Counted from the first letter of the stretch, positions 1-9,538 are shown. The stretch: 37,700 nt of DNA from an uncultured Azospirillaceae bacterium (GCA_964342335.1 CAYFFN010000002.1:1-37700); one strand, 5' to 3'. The notes: a model not told the origin generated them from the sequence alone. Program-made: numbers and translations.

Positions 1-722
1 TGAGTGGTTTGGTGATGCTGTTGCCGCATGGTTATGAAGGCCAAGGCCCAGAGCATAGCTCGGCGCGTCTGGAGCGCTTCCTCCAGCTATGTGGCGAAGA
101 CAATATGCAGGTGGTGAACTGTACCACCCCTGCGAACTTCTTCCATGCGTTGCGCCGTCAGCTGCACCGCGATTTCCGCAAGCCGCTGATTGTGATGTCG
201 CCAAAATCGCTGCTGCGTCACAAATTATGCGTGTCTGATTTGGAAGATTTCGGACCGAAGACGACCTTCCAACGCGTGATTCCCGAAGTGGATAAGCTTG
301 CAGCGGATAAGGACGTTAAGCGCGTCGTGCTGACAAGCGGCAAGGTCTATTATGACCTACTGGAAAAGCGCCGCGAAGAGAAAATCAAGGACATTGCGCT
401 GGTGCGTGTTGAGCAATATTACCCGTTCCCGCATGCAGAGATTCTGGCCGAGCTGAAGCGTTATCCAAACGCGCAAGCGATGTGGTGTCAGGAAGAGCCT
501 GCGAATATGGGCGCGTGGTGGTTCATTCGCGGCAAGCTGCAAGACGTGCTGGATGAGCTGGGTCGCGAGAGTGATCGTGTGGCCTATGCGGGCCGCAAAA
601 CCGCAGCATCGCCTGCAGTAGGTTACCTCAAGCTGCACCTTGCAGAGCAAGAGGCCTTGGTAAAAGACGCGCTGACGCTGGATGCATCAGCAAAGAAAAA
701 ACCCAAACAGAAAGCATCTTAG
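1..722 (+). CDS. sucA: 2-oxoglutarate dehydrogenase E1 component, C-terminal fragment (gene starts upstream of window)
   Basis: The ORF is open from the window edge in the frame of 9..722. The translation carries E1o C-terminal motifs ([36 protein letters not shown]). sucB and lpdA follow immediately. Confidence 0.9.
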   Translation, partial: SGLVMLLPHGYEGQGPEHSSARLERFLQLCGEDNMQVVNCTTPANFFHALRRQLHRDFRKPLIVMSPKSLLRHKLCVSDLEDFGPKTTFQRVIPEVDKLAADKDVKRVVLTSGKVYYDLLEKRREEKIKDIALVRVEQYYPFPHAEILAELKRYPNAQAMWCQEEPANMGAWWFIRGKLQDVLDELGRESDRVAYAGRKTAASPAVGYLKLHLAEQEALVKDALTLDASAKKKPKQKAS

Positions 723-731
723 GAGAGTATT

Positions 732-1919
732 ATGGGTAAAACGGTAAATATCGACGTTCCTTCTCTTGGAGAATCGGTAAGTGAAGCAACGGTTGCTAAA
801 TGGTTTAAGAAGGTGGGCGATGCCATCACCAAAGACGAGCCATTGGTGGAGCTGGAAACCGACAAGGTAACGCTGGAAGTAAACGCGCCCGTATCTGGTG
901 CGCTCAAAGAGATTAAGGCCGGCGAAGACGATACCGTTGAGGTAGGCGCACTGCTCGGCATTATCGAAGAAGGTGCTGCGGGTGCAGCTCCGGCAAAAGA
1001 CGAGCCAAAGAAAGAAGAAGCGAAAGCAGCGCCTACTCCTGCGGCGACGCAAGCGGCTTCTGGCAAAAACTCTGGCCCAGCGGTGAACAAAATGCTCGCA
1101 GAAAACCCACAGGTAGATGCGAAGAACATTCCCGCTTCGGGCAAAGATGGCCGCCTGAAGAAGGGTGATGTACAAGCAGCGCTGGAAGGCGATGGCATGT
1201 TGGCATCTCCGGCTTCTGGTCCACGCGAAGAGCGCGTGAAGATGACCAAGCTGCGTCAGGTGATTGCGAAGCGTCTGAAAGAATCTCAAAACACCGCTGC
1301 GATTCTGACCACTTTCAACGAAATCGATATGAGCAATGTGATGGCATTGCGCAGCGAATATAAAGAAGCGTTCGAGAAAGAGCATGGCGTGCGCCTTGGC
1401 TTTATGGGCTTCTTTGTGAAGGCAGCGGTAAACGCGCTCAAGCAAATCCCAGAGGTGAATGCAGAGATTGATGGCGATAGCATCATCTACAAGAACTACT
1501 ACGATATCGGGGTTGCTGTAGGCACGCCGCAAGGTCTCGTGGTTCCGGTGATTCGCGATTGTGATAAGAAATCCCTCGCCCAAATCGAAGCGGATATTGC
1601 GGAAGCAGCCGTGAAGGCGCGCGAAGGCACACTCTCTATGGAAGATATGACTGGCGGCAGCTTCACCGTTTCTAACGGCGGTGTCTATGGCTCACTGATG
1701 TCTACGCCGATCATCAACCCGCCGCAATCGGGCATTATGGGTATGCATAAAACCGAGCAACGCCCTGTGGTGGTGAATGGTGAGATCGTAATTCGCCCGA
1801 TGATGTATGTGGCGCTGTCATATGACCACCGCATTATTGATGGTCGCGAGTCGGTGACCTTCTTGGTGAAAGTGAAAGAAGCGATTGAAGATCCACGCCG
1901 TCTGTTGCTGGGCCTCTAA
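732..1919 (+). CDS. sucB: dihydrolipoyllysine-residue succinyltransferase (2-oxoglutarate dehydrogenase E2)
   Basis: It has an N-terminal lipoyl domain ([10 protein letters not shown]), an Ala/Pro/Lys linker and a C-terminal acyltransferase domain with the DHRIIDG motif. AGGAGA lies upstream of the ATG. Confidence 0.93.
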   Translation: MGKTVNIDVPSLGESVSEATVAKWFKKVGDAITKDEPLVELETDKVTLEVNAPVSGALKEIKAGEDDTVEVGALLGIIEEGAAGAAPAKDEPKKEEAKAAPTPAATQAASGKNSGPAVNKMLAENPQVDAKNIPASGKDGRLKKGDVQAALEGDGMLASPASGPREERVKMTKLRQVIAKRLKESQNTAAILTTFNEIDMSNVMALRSEYKEAFEKEHGVRLGFMGFFVKAAVNALKQIPEVNAEIDGDSIIYKNYYDIGVAVGTPQGLVVPVIRDCDKKSLAQIEADIAEAAVKAREGTLSMEDMTGGSFTVSNGGVYGSLMSTPIINPPQSGIMGMHKTEQRPVVVNGEIVIRPMMYVALSYDHRIIDGRESVTFLVKVKEAIEDPRRLLLGL

Positions 1920-1949
1920 GAACGCGCAAAATAAATAAGGAGTTTTCTC

Positions 1950-3341
1950 ATGGCAGATGCATTTGATCTGGTAGTGATTGGTGGCGGCCCGGGTGGCTAT
2001 GTTGCCGCAATTCGTGCAGCACAGTTGGGTATGAAAGTCGCCTGCGTCGAGAAGCGCAGCACGCTGGGTGGCACGTGCCTGAATGTGGGCTGTATCCCGT
2101 CTAAAGCATTGCTGGAATCTTCGCACCATTATGAGGAAGCGAAAGACCATTTCGCCGATCACGGTATCGAAGTATCGCCCAAAGTAAGCGTGAAGAAAAT
2201 GCTCGCGCGCAAGAATGACGTGGTGGAGAGCCTGACCAAAGGTATCGAAGGCCTGTTTAAGAAAAACAAGGTTGAGTATATCAAAGGCCACGGCACGATT
2301 ACCGGTGCGAATGAAGTGACCGTGGGCAAGCAGAAAATCGAAGCGAAAAATATCCTTATCGCGACCGGTTCGGATGTAATGCCATTGCCGGGCGTAGAGG
2401 TGGATGAGAAGCAGATTGTTTCTTCTACCGGTGCGCTGGAGCTGGATAAAACGCCCAAAGAGATGATTGTTATCGGCGGCGGCGTGATTGGTCTGGAGCT
2501 AGGCTCTGTATGGCGTCGTCTGGGCGCGAAAGTGACCGTGATTGAATATCTCGACCGCATCACCCCAGGTTTGGATGGTGAAGTATCCAAGCAGTTCCAG
2601 AAGATCCTCACCAAGCAGGGCATGGAATTTAAGCTCGGCCACAAAGTGACTGGTGCGAAGAAAAGCAAAACCGGCGTAACGCTCTCGGTTGAGCCTGCTG
2701 CGGGTGGCAAGGCCGAAGAGATGAAAGCAGACGTAGTGCTGGTATGTATCGGCCGCAAAGCCTACACAGACAAGTTGGGCCTAGAGAATGTGGGCATCGC
2801 GACGGATGAGCGCGGCCGCATCGAAGTGAACGATACGCTGCAAACCAACGTGCCTAATATCTACGCGATTGGTGATGTGATTAAAGGCCCTATGCTTGCG
2901 CATAAAGCGGAAGAAGAGGGTGTAGCGGTAGCAGAGACCCTCGCAGGCCAACATGGCCATGTAAACTACGCTGTAATCCCCGGCGTGGTCTATACATGGC
3001 CAGAGGTGGCGGATGTGGGCCGTACCGAAGAGCAGCTGAAAGAAGCAGGCGTAGCCTACAAGGTCGGCAAGTTCCCGTTCATGGCGAACTCACGCGGCCG
3101 CGCGGTGGGCGAAACCGAAGGGTTTGTGAAGATTCTCGCCGATAAAGACACCGACGAAGTGCTCGGCGTTCATATCATTGGCCCCGATGCAGGCACGCTG
3201 ATTCACGAGGCATGTGTCGCGATGGAATTCGGTGCAAGCGCAGAAGATATCGCCCGCACCTGCCACGCACACCCCACGCTGAACGAAGCGGTGAAAGAAG
3301 CGGCCCTAGCCGCAACCGAGGCGCGCCCGATTCACATCTAA
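1950..3341 (+). CDS. lpdA: dihydrolipoyl dehydrogenase (E3)
   Basis: It shows the FAD fold [17 protein letters not shown], the redox-active disulfide [13 protein letters not shown] and the C-terminal HAHPTLNE interface motif. AAGGAG lies upstream of the ATG. Confidence 0.93.
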   Translation: MADAFDLVVIGGGPGGYVAAIRAAQLGMKVACVEKRSTLGGTCLNVGCIPSKALLESSHHYEEAKDHFADHGIEVSPKVSVKKMLARKNDVVESLTKGIEGLFKKNKVEYIKGHGTITGANEVTVGKQKIEAKNILIATGSDVMPLPGVEVDEKQIVSSTGALELDKTPKEMIVIGGGVIGLELGSVWRRLGAKVTVIEYLDRITPGLDGEVSKQFQKILTKQGMEFKLGHKVTGAKKSKTGVTLSVEPAAGGKAEEMKADVVLVCIGRKAYTDKLGLENVGIATDERGRIEVNDTLQTNVPNIYAIGDVIKGPMLAHKAEEEGVAVAETLAGQHGHVNYAVIPGVVYTWPEVADVGRTEEQLKEAGVAYKVGKFPFMANSRGRAVGETEGFVKILADKDTDEVLGVHIIGPDAGTLIHEACVAMEFGASAEDIARTCHAHPTLNEAVKEAALAATEARPIHI

Positions 3342-3343
3342 GC

Positions 3344-5377
3344 TTAGCCAAGCGCGGCGCTACGTTGCGGGTTGCTTTCTTTTAGGGTCTTTTCCCAGCT
3401 ATCTGCTGGGTTAGCGAAGTTTCCGTTATTGCGCGCTCTATCAATGAGATGGCCATAGGCGCCAATGCCAAAGTCTTTGAGGCGCTGCTGTACGGCGCGT
3501 TTTGTTTCGCCTTCAAATTCGTGCTTGGCATTTTCCATTTCACGCGTGGCACGTTTGAGCTGATAGAGTTTTTCTTCCTCGGGCAATACGATAGCACCTT
3601 GCTTGAGGCGCACCCAACGTAGCTGAGCTTGCGCATAGCGCTCCGCTTCATCGCACTGTTCTTCGCTAAGCTTAGCCATGCTATCTTCATAGGCGCTGGG
3701 GGGATTGGCTATATAGCCTTCGGCCTTGGCAAGGGTTGGGCTTTGCAAATTGAGCAGGCTATTGAATCGTGCTTTATCTTTTCCTTCTGCGTTGACGGGT
3801 TTTGCTGGCTTAATGGCAAAGCATAGCAGCTGCTGGTTGCTAGGATTGTCCCGCAAGCCCTGGATATAGACCTTATCCTCCTCTTTTAACGCATCATGCG
3901 TATCCAGATAAGCAGAGGCGAGCTCTGATAGTTTTTGCTTTTCTACATCCAGTGAGGGCAGAGCCTCGACCGTGTTACTTGTATTAACGGCTTTGTGCTG
4001 CATCTCTGCTAGCTGCTCCTTTAGTGCGGCATCAGGCTCATAGGGCAATTTACCATAGCCTCCATGTAGCAGTATGGCAAAGGGTGGATGCACGGCAAAC
4101 TCACTTGCGTAAAGCGTTTTATTGGCGCGCTTCTCTGCAATATTCTCCAGAAGGTCTTCTGCCGTGAAGTCTGGGTTGGCTCTCTGAATTTCTAAGAAGG
4201 CACCTAGCACGTTCTTAACGGCCTGTGTTCCTACAATTTGCGAGCTAGGGGTTACAAGGGTGATATAGCACGCCTCTGCACGCACATTTGCCATTTCCAG
4301 TAAAGAGGCGCGCAGCAGCTTGTCTGTAATATCATTGGGAAGCCCCGCTTCTTTGATTTGGTTCAGCAGTGTCGTTGTCATGCCGCCCGGTACTTGGCTT
4401 TTTTGCACGAGTGCTTGCAGGTCTTCGCTGAAGGGGTTTTCGTATTGCGCGTATTTGGGGCGGATGGCGCGCCAATGTTCGGCGTAAAGTTCGGTTGTTA
4501 CTTCTGCATCCCTATTGTAAAATTCTTTAGGATAGAGGTCGGGGCGACGACGATTGAGGCTATCCAGAATGGTCTCGGTGGCACTATGGCCTGAGCCATC
4601 GCTCAACCCTTCGCTAGCGACATCCACTTGATCTACGCCCGCTTCAATGGCAGCGAGGATGGCTTCATCGCTGAGGCCTAGACCGCTTTGTGCATGGAGG
4701 ACGATAGGAACATCTACGGCTTCTTTAAGCGCTTTCACAAGCGGGGCTGCATGCTCGGCATCAAGCAGGCCTGCCATGTCTTTGATGCAGATAGAATCGG
4801 CACCCGCTTCGACTAATTGTTTTGCTAACTTCACATAATAAGCAGGGCTATAGGTGTCGCCGATTTGTGGGTTGGCTTCGCGCACCTCATCGTCAATTAC
4901 GGTATAGCAGAGCGTGCCTTGGGCATGGACATCCCAGCCTTTCTCTTCGCGCATTGTGCGCACGGTCTCGATAGCGTGGCGCATATTATCGATATCGTTT
5001 AGCGCATCGAAAATGCGGAAGGTGTTTACGCCCATGCGCTCGTCATCTTCACCAAACGGCTTTGCCGCCTCTTTGAGGAAGGCATCCATAATGGAGTCAT
5101 CATGGATCGTGAAGCCCACAAGGTTGCGGCCGCGTAGCAGCATGCTGAGATTTTTGTCATCTCCCAGGGTTTCGCGGAACTGGCGAAGATTCTCGAACGG
5201 GTCCTCGCCCTTCACGCGCAGCGGTGCATCAAAAGTAGTGCCACCCCAGACCTCATACATATTATAAGGCACGTCCTTCGCGGACTCTGCGGCTTGCAGC
5301 AGGTCATGTTGTTGCACCATGCCGCCCAAAATAGATTGGTGGCCATCGCGGAGGGTTACGTCGTTTAGCTTAACCAT
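3344..5377 (-). CDS. pyruvate/oxaloacetate carboxyltransferase-domain protein (OadA/PycB/5S-like) lacking a biotinyl domain, with a ~200-aa non-canonical C-terminal extension
   Basis: The N-terminus reads MVKLNDVTLRDGHQS, followed by GGTTFD, MLLRGRNLVGF, ICIKDMAGL and VTPSSQIVGTQA, which is typical of the HMGL-like/PYC_OADA carboxyltransferase fold. No (A/V)MKM biotin-attachment motif occurs anywhere in the 677 aa. Confidence 0.75.
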   Translation of the reverse strand: MVKLNDVTLRDGHQSILGGMVQQHDLLQAAESAKDVPYNMYEVWGGTTFDAPLRVKGEDPFENLRQFRETLGDDKNLSMLLRGRNLVGFTIHDDSIMDAFLKEAAKPFGEDDERMGVNTFRIFDALNDIDNMRHAIETVRTMREEKGWDVHAQGTLCYTVIDDEVREANPQIGDTYSPAYYVKLAKQLVEAGADSICIKDMAGLLDAEHAAPLVKALKEAVDVPIVLHAQSGLGLSDEAILAAIEAGVDQVDVASEGLSDGSGHSATETILDSLNRRRPDLYPKEFYNRDAEVTTELYAEHWRAIRPKYAQYENPFSEDLQALVQKSQVPGGMTTTLLNQIKEAGLPNDITDKLLRASLLEMANVRAEACYITLVTPSSQIVGTQAVKNVLGAFLEIQRANPDFTAEDLLENIAEKRANKTLYASEFAVHPPFAILLHGGYGKLPYEPDAALKEQLAEMQHKAVNTSNTVEALPSLDVEKQKLSELASAYLDTHDALKEEDKVYIQGLRDNPSNQQLLCFAIKPAKPVNAEGKDKARFNSLLNLQSPTLAKAEGYIANPPSAYEDSMAKLSEEQCDEAERYAQAQLRWVRLKQGAIVLPEEEKLYQLKRATREMENAKHEFEGETKRAVQQRLKDFGIGAYGHLIDRARNNGNFANPADSWEKTLKESNPQRSAALG

Positions 5378-5642
5378 GGATATTCCTATATGTTATTTTC
5401 AGCTTACTTACATAGCGGGCACTATTTGGAATCGGTGTTACAATTATGTTAAGACTTGTTAACGCGCTGTACCGACTGCTGAGCGGGCTTTTTGGCGTTG
5501 TGCGACGCACCAATTCGTCATTGCATTGCAGCTACCGTGCTGCACTTAATGCGCTGCGGCATAAACAAATATCTGTATTTCCTCGATAAAAGTGTGTTGC
5601 AAAGCGAAGCCGCAATGCAGCAGAAAAACGCATATATTTCAT

Positions 5643-5672
5643 TGGCTTATTGCATTGCAGGCTTGGTATAAT
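5643..5672 (+). promoter_or_regulatory. putative sigma70-type promoter for the DUF378 gene (TTGGCT-N18-TATAAT)
   Basis: A perfect TATAAT at 5667..5672 lies 30 nt upstream of the ATG at 5702. AGGAGA is at 5691..5696. Confidence 0.35.
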
Positions 5673-5701
5673 GGGGACAGTCAACAAAAAAGGAGACTGC
5701 T

Positions 5702-5914
5702 ATGAATGTGATTCACTTATTTACGATAGTACTGGTACTGCTTGGCGGTATCAATTTCGGCTTTATCGGACTGACCGGCACCGACGTGTTTGTTAGCATG
5801 TTTGGAACGGGTTCGTTCACAACCGTACTGTATGTACTGGTGACACTTTCTACCTTGTATCATGTCTTCCCGATGCTGATGACGCACATCACCAGCGACA
5901 AGGTTGTCTCTTAA
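5702..5914 (+). CDS. DUF378-family small membrane protein
   Basis: The 70-aa protein has two TM helices and the DUF378-like pattern LLGGINFGFIGLTG.DVF..FG...VLYVLV.LSTLY. It has a strong RBS and a strong terminator downstream. Confidence 0.7.
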   Translation: MNVIHLFTIVLVLLGGINFGFIGLTGTDVFVSMFGTGSFTTVLYVLVTLSTLYHVFPMLMTHITSDKVVS

Positions 5915-5936
5915 CCTGTAGGTGAAAGAGCAAAAG

Positions 5937-5966
5937 AAACCCCGGCCTATGAGCCGGGGTTTTTTG
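5937..5966 (+). terminator. rho-independent terminator (CCCCGGC-ctatga-GCCGGGG followed by TTTTTT)
   Basis: A 7-bp GC stem and T6 tract lie 25 nt after the DUF378 stop. The A-run upstream makes it potentially bidirectional. Confidence 0.75.
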
Positions 5967-5972
5967 TGGTTA

Positions 5973-6139
5973 GTACACTCGGCTTTGCCTCGCTATATCG
6001 CTTACCTAACGGTTCGCTAAGGCGCTGCGCGGCGCTTCGCCCTGACGGGCTACGGGTCGCTCCCTATCGGAGAGTTCCCACTCGTACCCATGATGAGTTA
6101 AGAACCGCGGCAGGCACGACCCTTCAAGGATACAAGAAC
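5973..6139 (+). repeat. partial copy (left end, ~165 bp) of the 'A' MITE-like element, fused to a 'B' repeat
   Basis: It starts with the same terminus as the element at 21323: TA|GTACACTCGGCTT(T/C)GCCTCGCTAT. It shares the internal blocks GCGCGGCGCTTCGCCCT.ACGGGCTACGGGTCGC and CTCGTACCCATGAT. No matching right terminus is present. Confidence 0.6.
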
Positions 6140-6216
6140 GCGGTCAGGAGACCGCGCCTTTAGTGCGCGAAGCGCTTAGGCTCATTGCGTAGGCCAGTAG
6201 GCCGAAGCAGGAGCGA
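6140..6216 (+). repeat. 'B' structured intergenic repeat, copy B1
   Basis: The sequence is GCGGTCaggaGACCGC-gCCTTTAGT-GCGCgaaGCGC-TTAGGCTCATTGCG-taGGCCagtaGGCC-GAAGCAGGAGCGA. It abuts the 3' end of icd. Confidence 0.7.
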
Positions 6217-6230
6217 TAAAAGAAACGTAA

Positions 6231-7463
6231 CTAGGCCGCCGCCTTAGTCTTTCCCCACGCGTCTTTGAAGCGCGTCTCTACCGCATCCATGAATGCTTCG
6301 GTGGTGAGGAAGCTTTGTTCTGGGCCGACGAGCAGGGCGAGGTCCTTGGTCATATCGCCTGCCTCGACCGTCGCAATGACGGCTTCTTCTAATGCATCAC
6401 AGAAGGTGATGAGGGGCCTGTTCTCATCAAATTTACCACGGTAGCGCAGCCCGCTTGTCCACGCAAAAATGCTGGCGATGGGATTCGTGCTGGTGGCTTT
6501 GCCTTCTTGGTGTTGGCGGAAGTGGCGCGTCACAGTCCCGTGGGCGGCTTCCGTTTCCACCGTTTTCCCATCGGGCGTGAGCAGTACGCTGGTCATCAGG
6601 CCGAGGGAGCCGAAGCCTTGCGCTACGATGTCCGATTGCACATCGCCGTCATAGTTTTTGCAGGCCCAAACAAAGCCGCCATCGGATTTGAGGGCATAGG
6701 CCACCAAGTCATCAATCAGGCGGTGCTCATACCATAGGCCGGCCTTCTCGAAATCAGCCTTATATTCCTCATCGTAAATACGCTGGAAGAGATCCTTAAA
6801 TCGTCCATCATACTTTTTGAGGATAGTATTTTTAGTTGAATGCAGCACAGGCATGCCCTGCGCCAGACCATACTCAAAGCTCGCACGGGCAAAGCCTTCG
6901 ATGCTCTCATCGAGGTTATACATGCCCATGGCCACTCCGCCGGATTCAAAATCAAAAATCTTATGGGCAATCGGCGCGCTGCCATCGGCAGGGGTGAAGG
7001 TCATGGTCAGCTCACCGGGCTTATCAAGCACCATATCCGTCGCGCGGTATTGGTCGCCAAAGGCGTGACGGCCGACGATGATTGGTTTCGTCCAACCCGG
7101 TACATAGCGCGGGATGTTCTCGCAAATGATAGGGGCGCGGAAGATAGTCCCGCCGAGAATATTGCGGATGGTACCATTCGGAGAGCGATACATGCTCTTC
7201 AGGCCAAACTCTTCCACGCGCGCCTCATCAGGCGTGATGGTCGCGCATTTGATACCTACGCCATATTCTTTAATGGCGTTTGCGGCGTCGACGGTGATTT
7301 GGTCTTCCGTCTCGTCGCGCTTTTGGATGGAGAGGTCGTAATATTTCAGGTCGATATCGAGATAGGGCAGGATGAGCTTGTCTTTAATCATCGCCCAGAT
7401 GATGCGTGTCATTTCGTCGCCGTCTAGCTCTACTACCGGCGTTTTTACGTGGATTTTGCTCAT
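6231..7463 (-). CDS. icd: NADP-dependent isocitrate dehydrogenase (homodimeric, eukaryote-like subfamily II)
   Basis: The 410-aa protein starts [23 protein letters not shown] and also contains [12 protein letters not shown] and TVTRHFR, typical of IDH1/2-like enzymes. AGGGAG RBS present. Confidence 0.93.
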   Translation of the reverse strand: MSKIHVKTPVVELDGDEMTRIIWAMIKDKLILPYLDIDLKYYDLSIQKRDETEDQITVDAANAIKEYGVGIKCATITPDEARVEEFGLKSMYRSPNGTIRNILGGTIFRAPIICENIPRYVPGWTKPIIVGRHAFGDQYRATDMVLDKPGELTMTFTPADGSAPIAHKIFDFESGGVAMGMYNLDESIEGFARASFEYGLAQGMPVLHSTKNTILKKYDGRFKDLFQRIYDEEYKADFEKAGLWYEHRLIDDLVAYALKSDGGFVWACKNYDGDVQSDIVAQGFGSLGLMTSVLLTPDGKTVETEAAHGTVTRHFRQHQEGKATSTNPIASIFAWTSGLRYRGKFDENRPLITFCDALEEAVIATVEAGDMTKDLALLVGPEQSFLTTEAFMDAVETRFKDAWGKTKAAA

Positions 7464-7578
7464 GGAAGCTCCCTTTGCTTTTGCATTTGCCGAGGGCTAG
7501 CATAGTATCACAAAATGGCCTGTCAAACCAGCGTTGTATGCTGTGCATTGCAGCGGAAATGCGAAGTCTTGCATATAT

Positions 7579-7655
<77 letters not shown>

Positions 7656-7667
7656 TTCTCTAAAGGA

Positions 7668-7696
7668 TTGGGTTCTTTGTAATATTTTCTTATAAT
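7668..7696 (+). promoter_or_regulatory. putative sigma70 promoter TTGGGT-N17-TATAAT upstream of the signal-peptide ORF
   Basis: A perfect -10 lies at 7691..7696 with a 17-nt spacer. It is followed by AGAGGA (7707..7712) and an ATG at 7719. Confidence 0.45.
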
Positions 7697-7718
7697 GCGT
7701 AAAAATAGAGGATTTGAG

Positions 7719-8016
7719 ATGCTGGCGAATAAGTGGTGTATGTTTGGTTTCGTTTGTGCATTCTTTAGCGCCCCAATGGCGCATGCCGCTACATCCAGAA
7801 GCATCCTATATGGAGTTGCGGTGTTTGCGGCAGTTAGATGAGGCGGCCGCATTTGCCCGTTTAGACGAGATGCTGAAGGACAATAGCCTTACGGCTATTC
7901 ATCCGATGATAGAGCGCTACAGGTTTGTACTTGGATGGGAAGACTCGGGACCCAATCCCAAGGCGCACTTGGAATGGCTATTGTCTATCGTGGAAAGAGG
8001 CCGCTCCAAAGAGTGA
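7719..8016 (+). pseudogene. 5' part of a secreted-protein gene apparently split over frames (signal-peptide ORF 7719..7841, then frame of 7714..8016, then the 7925..9538 ORF)
   Basis: The ATG at 7719, with good promoter and RBS, encodes MLANKWCMFGFVCAFFSAPMAHA|AT, a Sec signal with an AxA site, but this frame stops at 7839..7841. Protein-like sequence continues in the next frame to 8016 and then in the third frame to 9538. The frames overlap at 7714..7838 and 7913..8016. Confidence 0.35.
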
Positions 8017-9538
8017 GTTTATAGATTGGATGGCTGCCAAGTGGGTCTATAATATTTTTGATGCGGATTGGCTTTGGGCATTACATCAGAAAGACGATGT
8101 TTATTGGCAGCAAAACAAGCATATTGTTGATCATGCATGGCAGCGCTGGAAGAGCGGAGACGGCTTGGAGTGGCTGCAAATTGTCGCGCGCCGCATTCAC
8201 CCCTCTGACCCATTGGCCACTGAGGTGCTGGCAGATATAACGCCCTTCCTGCATCGCAACTGGAAAGACGAAACAATCCAATACCAAGGATGGCTTTTGG
8301 ATGTATGGGCTCAGGCATTACGTATTCGCTTAGGCCGTAAAGAATATAGTGATGCGGTAGCGTTGGTAGCTCAGCATAACGGTTTCTCTGAACTCCAATA
8401 TAGCCCATATCAAACGTATCCCGTTAAGGTGTATGAGCGCGTACTACAAGATGCTTTGCGTTGGCTGGTTTACGTCGGGGAGGCGGAGGTGGCTCGTTCG
8501 GTGCTGAGCAACGCCGCAAAGGTCCCACCTACAGGGTTTGCACATTGGAAGGTGTTATTGGCCACGGATTGGCAAAGTGCAGTGGCTGCTAACTATAGCT
8601 ATTCGCCGGAAGGGGAGGCGTTTGAAGGCGCTCATTCTGTGGGTTTGTGGTACAAGATGGTGAATAATGTAAGTATGCACGAGCTTGTGCGGCTTTCAAG
8701 AGATGAGCAGCTTGCTGAGGAGATACGTGCGCTACTTATTCGCAGTGCCTTAAGCCGAGCCATTTTGTTAGGGGAGCCAAAGTCAAATATTGATGACTAT
8801 GCTGCTGACGCAGTCGTGTTAAATTCCGGCCTCGCCGAGGCGTTGGAGACGGCGATGGAAGCCGAGGATATTCAGGCATATACGGAATTGTTTTTCTTCT
8901 TTCCTCGCCTGCGTCCGTTGCCGTATCTGAGCTATGCGTATGATGGCTATTTGAGGTATGGTAGTCAGCAGTATAATGCAGAGCCACGTCGCATAGATAT
9001 TTATAACCATAATGATAATAATTGGTGGTGTCGTGTGGATCAGAACAGACTTGGCGACGCAGTTTTTGAGGCGGTAGAAATACGCCCTAACGCCTATTAT
9101 CGTTCACGATTCTCGCTCTTTAGGGGCAAACTTTTTAAAGATAGTGATGCGCTGACCCAGGAAATAAACCAGTACCGCGATATTCAAAAAAAGTTGATTG
9201 CGGATCATCCGTATCACAGCAGGGTAAAGCGAGATGAGACTGCGGCGCTAGAGACCATTCCTTCTGGACCCGAATATATCTCGCAAGAGGCTATAAAGCA
9301 GGCCGGAGGCGGGTTGTTTGGTTTTTGGACACGCATAGATGATACGGAAAAAGCAGCCCAGCAGCTTCACGCTGCCATACGCTCAACGCGTTATGGCTGC
9401 CAAAGAGATGGGTCGCACACTATATATTCGCGAAAAGCCTATAAAATATTACATGAAGATTATGCAAATACGCCTTGGGCACATGACACGCCCTATTGGT
9501 TTGGCTGTAAGCATTTTAGAGGCGGTTGCCCGCAATAA
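7925..9538 (+). CDS. hypothetical protein (Trp-rich, Cys-containing C-terminus), the largest intact ORF of the putative secreted-protein gene
   Basis: This is a 537-aa ORF with no motif I recognise. The TTG start at 7925 has no convincing RBS, and an internal ATG at 8031 is also possible. See the frameshift finding. Confidence 0.6.
   Translation: MYLDGKTRDPIPRRTWNGYCLSWKEAAPKSEFIDWMAAKWVYNIFDADWLWALHQKDDVYWQQNKHIVDHAWQRWKSGDGLEWLQIVARRIHPSDPLATEVLADITPFLHRNWKDETIQYQGWLLDVWAQALRIRLGRKEYSDAVALVAQHNGFSELQYSPYQTYPVKVYERVLQDALRWLVYVGEAEVARSVLSNAAKVPPTGFAHWKVLLATDWQSAVAANYSYSPEGEAFEGAHSVGLWYKMVNNVSMHELVRLSRDEQLAEEIRALLIRSALSRAILLGEPKSNIDDYAADAVVLNSGLAEALETAMEAEDIQAYTELFFFFPRLRPLPYLSYAYDGYLRYGSQQYNAEPRRIDIYNHNDNNWWCRVDQNRLGDAVFEAVEIRPNAYYRSRFSLFRGKLFKDSDALTQEINQYRDIQKKLIADHPYHSRVKRDETAALETIPSGPEYISQEAIKQAGGGLFGFWTRIDDTEKAAQQLHAAIRSTRYGCQRDGSHTIYSRKAYKILHEDYANTPWAHDTPYWFGCKHFRGGCPQ

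Noticed and set aside
687-1583. Long antisense or alternate-frame ORFs inside well-supported genes. Examples are 687..1583(-), 719..1249(-), 2159..2758(-), 6840..7427(+), 13443..14378(-), 20412..21002(-), 23053..23565(-), 23550..24077(+), 29955..30611(-), 32892..33509(+) and 35092..35619(+).
   Set aside because: Each lies entirely within a gene whose product has clear family motifs on the other strand or frame. Their translations are Arg/Ala/His-rich low-complexity sequence typical of shadow ORFs, and none has an RBS.
3344-3950. Looked for a biotinyl/lipoyl-like domain (E(A/V)MKM) in the C-terminal third of the carboxyltransferase-like protein.
   Set aside because: No such motif and no beta-rich Gly/Val pattern was found. 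The region looks helical and charged, so I report the absence rather than a domain.
5643-5660. A possible sigma-54 promoter (TGGC..TTGCA) upstream of the DUF378 gene.
   Set aside because: The GG to GC spacing is 11 nt (or 6 nt) rather than the required 10 nt. A sigma70-type TATAAT fits better.
5966-6163. ORFs of 65 aa (5966..6163) and 81 aa (21364..21609) that share a GLRVA...P(T/S)RTHD(E/K) segment.
   Set aside because: The similarity is explained by nucleotide-level identity of the A repeat element. There is no RBS, the composition is Arg-rich, and the second ORF runs out of the element into the antisense strand of pgsA.
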